Part shown: piece by piece, positions 54,419 to 64,000 of the stretch
Layout: every line of letters begins with the position of its first letter
Position numbering within the stretch: position 1 is the stretch's first letter
Origin: Octopus sinensis
Lineage: Eukaryota
Direction of reading: 5' to 3'
NCBI RefSeq assembly: GCF_006345805.1
Contig: NC_043009.1
Location: forward strand, 5,704,001 to 5,768,000
DNA: 64,000 nucleotides
The notes under the pieces: model-generated
Database searches by the model: none
The model's input: only the letters and a program-made list of their open reading frames with translations
Told to the model about the DNA's origin: nothing
Translations under genes and position numbers: made by a program

Positions 54419-56246
54419 GGTATATACGTATGTATGAATGTATGTATATATAAAAACGACGATAGATCCCTCTACAATTTATTGTAAATCCACTGGCAAA
54501 GCATTGGTTATAATCAAATATATTCGAGAAAATTCTCTAATTCTAACTTGGAACCTTCAACCGTTGTTCTTGTAAGACATCTCGATGCCTGTCTGTATAT
54601 GAAATTACGGACACCCGTAATACTTCGCTCATCACCAGGGTTACACAGACTTCCCAAGTTCAACCTAAAATTTCATGTTTGCTTTTTCTTGCTACTTTCT
54701 ATACATGACAAAATTGCAGACTAGAGCATATACATGATCAGTAAAACAGATTTCAGAACTTACGATATAAACACAGCGATGTCAGTCGGCATACTGCTTC
54801 ATGAAGATCACTGCTAGCTCGGACTGTGCACGCAACCGTGTGCTACCATCTCTTCGTGCACCACAGAATTTTTTATACCAACTAGTTCGAGAATTTTTTG
54901 ATACCCCCTCGTGTACCTTCTCTTATCTCATTTTGTTGTTGCGCATATAAATTTCTCGCTGATTTCTTGAACTCCAGATAAATTTCTCAAAATTCTTATT
55001 GGAGTTTCCCATGAAACACTTTGGAAAATTCATGCCAATATGAAAACTATGTCAATTATAAATAAATTATTGCTGTCTAAATCCACATTTGTCACGCAAT
55101 TGTTCGATTCAGTATTCCTAGTAATATGCGACGTGAGAAACAGAAGTTTATCTTTAAGCGATTTGAGTGTGGCGGATTCTGTTTTCAATGGTGTTTCATC
55201 TAAATTAATCTTCATTATATTCCTTCAAAATTCCTGGATTGCCAGTTAGGATAACCGCGGTTATGTGTATGCATTGAAACACACGTGAAACACACATACA
55301 CACAAACACATATCTGCTAAAATGAGATGTCAGTGTTAATTTCATTTTTGCGTAATTTAGACGACAATTTATTCCCCGCACCCTGTATACACACACACAC
55401 GGTATTTTCTCTTAGTTACTTAGGAATGGACATATTTTTCAACACCAGTATTTCGAGAGTTTATCAACAATTCATGGATACATTAGTGTTGCAATGTCAT
55501 ATCGAAAGTGATACAATTCATTCCGTACAACACACACTGCACATCTGCATTGAGTAATATTACCTCAGACAAATGAGGAAAGACAGCGAAGTATGTAATG
55601 TAACCAATAATATTCTGTCCCAGACAGTGTGGTAAACTGTAACTAAAATTGATTCTAAACCGCCCAATTATATTTAATTATTAACAACCACTGCTGTTAT
55701 TGATACAGCAGTTTATTAGATTTCATTTCTTATTACGATGCATCAATCTTTATAAAATGAACTCCCTCCAGTATTATGAAGCATATTAATATATTATTCT
55801 GCTTAATATCATACCCTTCGCTGTATCATGTCGTTTAATTTATTAGCGAATATGTCAGGCAGGTGAAATGTGACATATTAGCGCCTAGTCGTAAATACTT
55901 ACTTTTGCGCTCGCGCACGTATGTGCGCATGTATGTGTGCGTGTGCGAGTGCGTGTGTACATGCGTGGGTATGTGATGTGCGTGTTAGTATGTATATTTA
56001 ATTGCACGTTTGGGTGAAAGAATAATGAAATTAATACAAATAATATTGATTACAGTAGTAGTAGTAGTAGTAGTAGTAGTAAGAGTTGTTGTTGTTGTTG
56101 TTGTTGTTGTAGTTGTGTGGTTGGAGTGTTCTTAAAATCACAAGTTCTCTCAAGAAACTGGAAATAGTATTGAAGTTTTCTGGATAAATATATGTATGTA
56201 TGTATATATATATATATACATACATACTTGCATGCATACATACATA

Positions 56247-56356
<110 letters not shown>

Positions 56357-59300
56357 CAGTAGTTACATTTAACAATATTCAAAATTTTGCTGAAAATATC
56401 ACTCAATACAGTTAACTAGAATGTCATTAGTTTTCTTCTTTCTATCAGAAAATCTAACATTGACACAAAACTGAAAGTTCTAATTTACTAACAAGTTGAT
56501 CTTTGTCAAAAGAGTCTGTAAATATGCCTGTGTTATTGTGCGTCTTTACGTGTGTGTGTGTGTGTGAGCATGTATATGAGTATGTTATTGTCTTGTTGGT
56601 GTGTGCACAAGCTCTTTATTTTATCGCGTCGAACAAAGGAAAGGAAATGCCCCATACATGAATACATAAGAATGGAATTTATTTGTAGTTTCAGAATTGC
56701 AAGCCGCTTCAATTTATCCATAATTATTGTTGTCTGTAGTTAAGTATACAAAATTATTTTTTACAAGAATCATCGATGTTAATAACGTTATGTCTAAATT
56801 CATGACTAAAATCTCGAACCTGAATCGCTCCACAGGGAGTTTTATTCTAGTCTTCATGACTTGTCAATATTATTCAAATATACGTAATGTAATATATATT
56901 GTAGATGTTTTGCTTTTAATATCGCTGTATATTTTTGTTTTAGTGCCTGTTATGTAGACAAAGGCCGCATTTCAAAACCAGAATTGTGTTAGTGATAACA
57001 AAGTGGGCAATGTCAGTACCAAAACAATCGTATATACTCAATGATGCCAAAACAATTAAGTATACGTACGAAAATGTCAGCTGAAATGGGCCTTTATAAT
57101 TGAAATAATCCGATGAAAATATATGTAGAACCACACTCGTTTGAATTACCACGACAGTTTTCACCTACTTAATTCTGATTAATAGTAAAGGAACTCAATG
57201 TTTCAAAATCTATATAAGACTGACAATAAATGATTCTGATGGCATTTGAGTAGGGACTCCAAGTAGAAAGTCTAGTGCTTGCTCAATTTGGTCACCTACT
57301 TCGTGGATGAAGATATTGAAGGCACCATTTATATTCCTTCGGTTGTCAGTGTTACTGGTAATCATATTATAAACAAAATACAGAGTGTTTAGTTGATTCT
57401 ATATAATCATGGTTTGTATATTCTCTGAAGCGGTTTCGAGATTTTGTTGTCAGCAAATTCTTGCATACGGCCTGGACGTTAGTTATATCACGATATTTTC
57501 TATTCAATGTGAAATTAGGATATTGTGTATATTATCTACAAAACATATTGTATTTTTTGAACGATTGTAGATCGTGACAAGCTGGTTGAAATATTCACTA
57601 TAATTTGTTCATTAAAATGTGCAGCGATGATTTGCTTGATACAAAATGAAATAACATAAAGAAAGGATGATTCTATAAAGATTACATTGTAATATCGAAG
57701 TGGAACCCATTTAACATCTGACATTAACCACGATATACAATGCATTGCACTGTAATATTACTATATAACAGCATCTAATTGACGGATCTACTGTAGCTGT
57801 TTTTACTTAGTTGAAGTGGAACGGAACAAGAAAAATTGCCATACGATTACAAACATTACGTTTATTGATTTAGAAAATGAGATATGAGTTATCATTAAGC
57901 GTTCTAACAACTGAAATTGCTCTCAGCCCTAACCGATTACACATAATCATTTACCTTGTTTTCCCAAATGTCAGTTAAATTTAATTCCAGTAATGTTTAC
58001 GAAATGAAATCACTATTCGAACACATATATTTCATCTCATCTTCGCCCACTTCATTCTAGGAGAGACGTGGAGCAGAGTCCTCAAGCACATCTATCAGGC
58101 CCTGTGAGAAGCAGGACTTGATTGGTCTGATGCATCACTAAACAGATCAAATGAGCGCATAGATGTTATCCGACTACGTTACTCCTGGTGTACCACTGGG
58201 TTCTGCCGGTTGGCTTTGCCCGCAAAACCTCGGCAGAGCAGTTTCTCGATAGAGTTATTCTGCTAGAGAGTGGGTTGTAGATGGTGCATAGCGATAAGAT
58301 CAACAGATGTGATTATTTGCAAAATATGCGGGCTAACACCTGATGAATAATCAACTCCGGACCAAAAAGTAACCTATCAGAGGAAAACTACAACAACCCA
58401 GTGATATTGGTATGAGAAGGTGAGAAAAGGTTGCCTCAAAAAACTTCTAGTCATCACGGAACAAAGGAAATATTCAAATTCGTGAAGGGTGCGAATGAAA
58501 CAACCAAACAAGGCAACAGGGTTAGAGAAATAGAAAACGGTTTATGCCGCGGATAACAAGGGATATGTGCAGGACCGGTCCGGAAATGATATAGCAGTCT
58601 CCATCGAATACTTCGAAACTAGTCGATGGGCCTCCAACTGTCCTGAAAAGAGCAGGATATTTAGATGTACAGAATTAGCACACATGGAGACTCCAAAAAG
58701 GATCCAGAAGTTAAAATCATAGATTAACGCGCGCACTTCCCCCAACACACACGTATCACATGAGAACTACTGACGCTATATATACAGTGTGCATTTAAAC
58801 ACATAAGATGCATTCGACATACGATTTCTTTCACAATAGAAGAAACAGCTAAAGTCCAAACCACTATTAGGGATAAAAACTCGAAGGAAATGAAAAATTA
58901 AAACACTTACCATCTCTCTCCTGGACCATGGTTTCTGACCATTTTTTAGCACATCAAATAATTTGCTAGGCGCAGTCTTCATCAACTGGTACACCTAGAT
59001 TAAACATATAAGTACGAGGCCAGTTCAGCATGTGCCTCTTGCTTATGCATTATAAATTTTCAAATCTACTGCGCAAGCGCAGATTTTTGTCGGCAGCAAA
59101 ATATGCCGGCACTAATTTTTCTACACGCTAGGCCACAGGTAGTAAAAAGTCCTAAAATCTTTATTACCCTGATATTATTAATTATTGATTTTTTTCTGGA
59201 AAATTGTTTGAAGAAATGGCGGTATTCCTCAACAGTTTAATCACCGTCGTCGGTGGATAGTCAAAATAGATAGACAAGATCCTTTCACTCTTGTATACTC

Positions 59301-59379
59301 TAAAACATTACAGCATAAAAATAAATAATAAATTAAAAATGCGAAAACCAATGCCAAAATAGGACTATATAGGTTTAAA

Positions 59380-59610
59380 CGGTATGGAACATCCTACATA
59401 CAAAAGAACTATGTACATAGACCGAATTTGAGAAAAGCCCGGGTGAACCACTGTTTTTCCCGGTTTGTCCATTTACGCAGGAGCTCAGGGCAAAATGTTA
59501 TAGTGCGTGACCATCCCTGAGACATAAGTGATGTGAATGTAAAGTTTGGTGAAATCGGTTGAGAAATGTGGAAATGTATGCGTTATTCAATAAACATACA
59601 AATTATAGAT
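59380..59610 (+). mobile_element. Possible Helitron/Helentron-derived fragment
   Basis: aagtttggtgaaatcggttgagaaatgtgg motif typical of non-autonomous rolling-circle elements. Termini not resolved. Confidence 0.35.
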
Positions 59611-59614
59611 CGTA

Positions 59615-59750
59615 GACACTACACTTTCTTTATTTTCTCTCCTTGTTTCTTTCTGTGTCCCTTTCTATGGAAGAGCGTAGACTCTAAACGTTAAATTCTT
59701 TTCACTTCCCGAGCGTTATACTAATACATCTGTTTTGTCTACCCCACCGC
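59615..59750 (+). mobile_element. Degenerate Penelope-like pLTR fragment (same family as 13270)
   Basis: ctttctatggaagagcgtagactctaaacgttaaa...ttcacttcccgagcgttatactaatacatctgt; hammerhead core mutated. Confidence 0.6.
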
Positions 59751-60189
59751 GTTATATATACATATATTTCCTCGTGCGTATGTGTATTCAGTATTAAACG
59801 TAATACGAAACTCCCCAATTCCGTAACATTTTTGTGACGGAAAAAACATAGCAAATAGTATTAGTAATAATGTGTTGGTAATAGTATTATTAGTAATACC
59901 TGTTATGTATACTTTAGAAGGAAGGGAGATGAGAACTTTACCAAAATTTCGAATTTAAAATATTAATTTCCACGGGCTGAAAAATGAAAAGGGAATTTGA
60001 AGGTTGCCAACCTGGCTGTTATAATTATGTAAATTTATATCAAAATTTTACAAATTAAATTGCATATAAGTACTAAACTGACGTTTAATAAAAAAAAAAA
60101 GAGGGAGTTTGAGCTGAATTTGACAGTTTGCATAAAAGGAAAAGAAAACACAATACCCATTAAGAAATTAAAGTATATTAAAATATTAA

Positions 60190-60963
60190 AAAATAACCAG
60201 CAGATAATGCGTGGGAGGTAACAATTTACTCAGCGTAACTACCCTCAGCTTCCACAACGTCCTCAATACGGCTCCAGAACCTAGAGTATACGTTCCTCTT
60301 TGTGTCCTTAGTACGATCTTCGAATACCTCCTTGGTGTTGCTGGCAGTTCGGTCAAAGTCCTTCTCAACCATGCCTCATACATAGTAACCAATGCGATTA
60401 AAATCAGGATTATGAGGATGCCGTAAATTGGGACTGGTGCAGTCGTAGAAATTCTCTGACAATGAATTCTGATTCTTTCCGGAGGATGGCAAGGTGCAGA
60501 ATCCTACTGCCGCATATATGTCCTTCCAACAACAACAATCTCGAATCAGATATTGGGCACAATCTCCAGCAGCTTCACGTGACCATGCGAATTGAGCCTA
60601 AAACCATGTTCAAAGACGTGGCGATAAATTCAGGCGTGCAGATGTGGTCTCACGTTCTGCTGCCTTACGTCCTGCTGGTTACGGCTTTGTTGTCTCCGTC
60701 GCAGCTGTCATGTCGTACATCATTTACACTGTTCACAGAGTATTATGCAACAGTCAGGATACTGGCACTTTGATACGCAGCACGAATTGTCATGATACAG
60801 CTAACTCTTTTCCAATATTCAGACGCTTTCTAGCCCTTCATGTCAGTTAAAGTACAAGTTTATTCTTTATACTCCCCAACGCAGTTGACTGTTGACCAAA
60901 ACACCACGCTACTTCTTAAAAAAAAATAACATAAAAATGAACAAATTTGGCCCGAACACCTTG
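60190..60963 (-). mobile_element. Decayed, internally deleted Tc1/mariner maT (DD37D-like) transposon
   Basis: Minus strand: SEYWKRVSCIMTIRA...DHICTPEFI; DSAPCH; HPHNPDFNRIGYYV*GMVEKD (cf. WPPNSPDLNPLDYYVWG). TA-caaggtg TIR-like end at 60963. Confidence 0.8.
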
Positions 60964-62739
60964 TAGTTTTTGGCTACTCTAGAGGTGTAAATGGCTAAAA
61001 ACAAAACTATAAGATTAATCGATTTTACAGTTTGTACCGAAACAGACTAATTTCGGCTTTCTAATGAATGTGTATGTACTTGAAAAGGCACCAGTTATTT
61101 GTGAAATGACTGAAGGTATTTGGATATCGCATGGAACATTTCTGTATCCACTGAGTATAGCGTCTTTAAATAATAGATGAGGGATGTATGCATGTACATA
61201 TGTATGATGTATGAAGGTTTCTTTGAGTTATTTTTTTGCATAAATGGCGTCGAAATCGCAGACCCACTTTAACGCTGTCAGAGCTAACTTAAGTTATCTG
61301 TTTTCTCTATGTGCTCTCTATTTCAAATCTTGATGCTTACTAATGTTAATAAAAACAGGCTTCTTTGGAAAGCAGTGGAAACGAGGATAAATATAGCATA
61401 TCCCTGAAAATACCCTTCGTTATTCCTACTCATATTTTGGTGGGTAATTTGAATAATTTTCACTTCTGATACCTCGATAATCGTATGTATATATATGGAA
61501 AAAATTAAACAATATTTTTACAAAACAGATGCATTAATTATGTAGCTGTGTGAACTTGCAAAAATGGTGACCGTTGACAAATATCTTATCCTTTACACAT
61601 ATTTTCTATAGATCAGTTAATCAGTTCAACCGCATTACATATGACATCCTTTTTACGATTAAGTATTGAGATTTCTCTTTGAAAATTCAACCGAGCACTG
61701 GAGTTATATTTACTGAAAACGTGATTTCATATCCTGTCGTTGTGAGGTGAAAAGCAAAATTCGGATTTTCTTCTATTGCACAATCCAATAAAGAGCCCTT
61801 TATTCACATCCCAACAAACTAAATAAAATGAATGACGATTGGTTCGTAAGTTTTCCTTTCGCCTATTCTTTAAAGTTGAGTTACTTAAACATCTTTCTGT
61901 GTTTTGCACTTACAAAAGACCATTTTTATCATCCAAACTAATCTTTTTACGTTCTTATATCTCTTTTTTTTAACATTCTAAAAATTAGCAAATTTATAAC
62001 GAGAGATTTTTGTTCAGAACAAGCTTTTAGAAAATGTAGACAAATACAGATATATCAAATAAGATGTGAGAAGGTTCTATCATGCTTACTAAATGGTAAT
62101 TAAGACCAGTTCCGGTTGGGAGGGACCGATAATCGAAAGATTCAAGGATTTCGAAACCGACATGCCATTACGGAGAACAGGCTTACTGTCCGTAGATAAG
62201 AGGATAGTCATTGACATGTGTCTCGAGCACATAGAGGCATAAATCATTCTTATAAATCAAGTTCTGTGCGATTTGGTATGCAAATATTTATCGAAGTTGT
62301 TCAAATATATTGCTCTGGCCGCTCCGCGTAATTTGTCTTAGATCATTGCTTTGCAAAAAATAAGGCATATATATATGCGTGTATACATGTATTTTTACAT
62401 ACACACATACATGCTAGAAGCCCTTCAACTTGCTTAAATACCAGTGAGCATAATTAAAGCCATAACTGATCTGACTTCATCGTATGCCACTTTCTTAAAA
62501 TTAAACATAATCAGTTACTGTATTATCACTGATAGAATACAGTAAAGGGAATGCTTATAAAAAAGGAATGGCCTTTCTGTGATGTTGTTTTTACTCTCTC
62601 TAAACCCGTTGTCATTTATGTAAATGAGGTCTGAAAGATATATCACTGGTTCACAAGGAAACAGAAATAACAAAATTCTACAGTTTCATCGTGAATAATT
62701 TGAAACTTTATGCAAAAGAATATGCACGAGAGGAAAAAG

Positions 62740-63360
62740 TCTTGACCTAGTTGCAACATTCTCAAAGGCTATAAGGTTGGAGTTTGGTCAAGAGAAATGT
62801 TATATGGTTGTGAAAAGAGGGAAAACTGAAAAACCAGACTAGCAACATCTCCATCAATGACTTTCTGTTTCCTCTGTATCGGACGATGAATGTTTTATGT
62901 ATCTAGGGGTGGATGAAAACATTACAATGTTACATTACATATAACAAAAAGACGTGTCACTAAGAATATTACAGCGGAATAAATAAAATTTAGACCTCAG
63001 AACTTTCTGCATTCAATAAAACAGTGGCCCACAATGTGTTTGCAGTACCAGTAAGCATACCAACATTTGGGCTGCTTGGTTAGACGCTTGATGTGAAAAC
63101 CCGAAAAACGCTACCGAGCGCACATATTTTCTACATAATCAATGACGTAGACCACCCCTCGCTAAAATGAAAACAAGGCAGCAGATCCAAAATGCCTTTG
63201 AATGTCAAAGTGCATCCCTTGGTCAAATTTGCAAACATGAGTTTCATGACATCATAAGACTTGGAAGGCAGCTCTTTGAGCAACATTCTTTGTCTGATAA
63301 CCTAGAATACATGCGCAAAGAAGTCGCACGACTCTACCGCATCACTGATCACGTGATGTA
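62740..63360 (+). mobile_element. Decayed R4/Dong-like RT fragment
   Basis: TFSKAIRLEFGQEKCYMVVKRGK and VFAVPVSIPTFGLLG, matching the motifs that follow the RT active site in R4-type elements. Confidence 0.65.
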
Positions 63361-63458
63361 AGAAATCATTTGAACCTGACAGTGGAGCCCATGAGGGGTT
63401 TCTAACCGGATTTATCGAGCTGGAATGCGGACATTATTTTTTAAAAATCAACGTAAAG

Positions 63459-63464
<6 letters not shown>

Positions 63465-63529
<65 letters not shown>

Positions 63530-63650
63530 ATATATATATAAATACGATATATATATATGCATATATATACATATATATTATATATTATATATATATATAT
63601 ACAAAAATTCATACATACATACATATTATATATAAACACGCACACACACG

Positions 63651-63684
<34 letters not shown>

Positions 63685-63700
63685 CTTAAAGAGAGAGAGA
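63465..63700. repeat. (TA)n/(CA)n/(GA)n compound microsatellite
   Basis: Direct. Confidence 0.9.
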
Positions 63701-64000
63701 GAGAGTGAAGCACTTATCCTCCGATACACATACCGACACACATTAATGCATTTGAATATGTCTGTGCGCGCGTGTATATATATGTGTGGTGTGTGCGTGT
63801 GCGTGTGTGTGTAGAAAAGGTATATATTTATGCATTTATGTCTGAAACATGAAACGTTTACTTAATCTATGAATCAAGTTTGATGTAGACTGACTTCAAT
63901 CATGTGGTGAATTTTGCACTCTCAGGATTAAATGCATCGCTTCATACTCTGATCATAGACCGTTGCTTACATTACTGGCTTCTTTTGAGAGATATACATA

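Noticed and set aside
57120-57165. GENCRGNSNECGS, an EGF-like junction motif on the minus strand
   Set aside because: The frame stops shortly after with no donor, and the remaining EGF cysteines are absent.
58080-58700. GC-richer segment resembling a LINE 5' UTR with a possible HDV-like ribozyme (GGCTAACACC) and an APE remnant
   Set aside because: P1/P3 helices could not be built and the protein similarity is too weak to call.

Overview
Eukaryotic, AT-rich, repeat-dense DNA that looks intronic or intergenic. The SINE families, microsatellite load and TE spectrum point to a coleoid cephalopod, most likely Octopus; this is inferred from recognisable repeat motifs, not from a database search. 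I could not support any intact host protein-coding gene, tRNA, rRNA or CRISPR array. Almost all ORFs in the supplied track are translations of microsatellites or decayed transposons. Supported content: (i) about 15 SINE copies of OK-like and OR1/OR2-like tRNA-derived types; (ii) decayed non-LTR retrotransposons (four R4/Dong-like REL-endonuclease fragments and an RTE-like LINE with an ELQCADD motif); (iii) two decayed Tc1/mariner transposases, a pogo/Tigger-like MITE and a mosaic cluster of non-autonomous Helitrons; (iv) several Penelope-like element (PLE) remnants carrying eight type-I hammerhead-ribozyme-like motifs. The hammerhead architectures are the most interesting signal: two inverted pLTR pairs, and a same-strand pair of minimal hammerheads that share a palindromic AACGUU stem III. 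These resemble known PLE/retrozyme biology; whether the variants here are active or new is untested.
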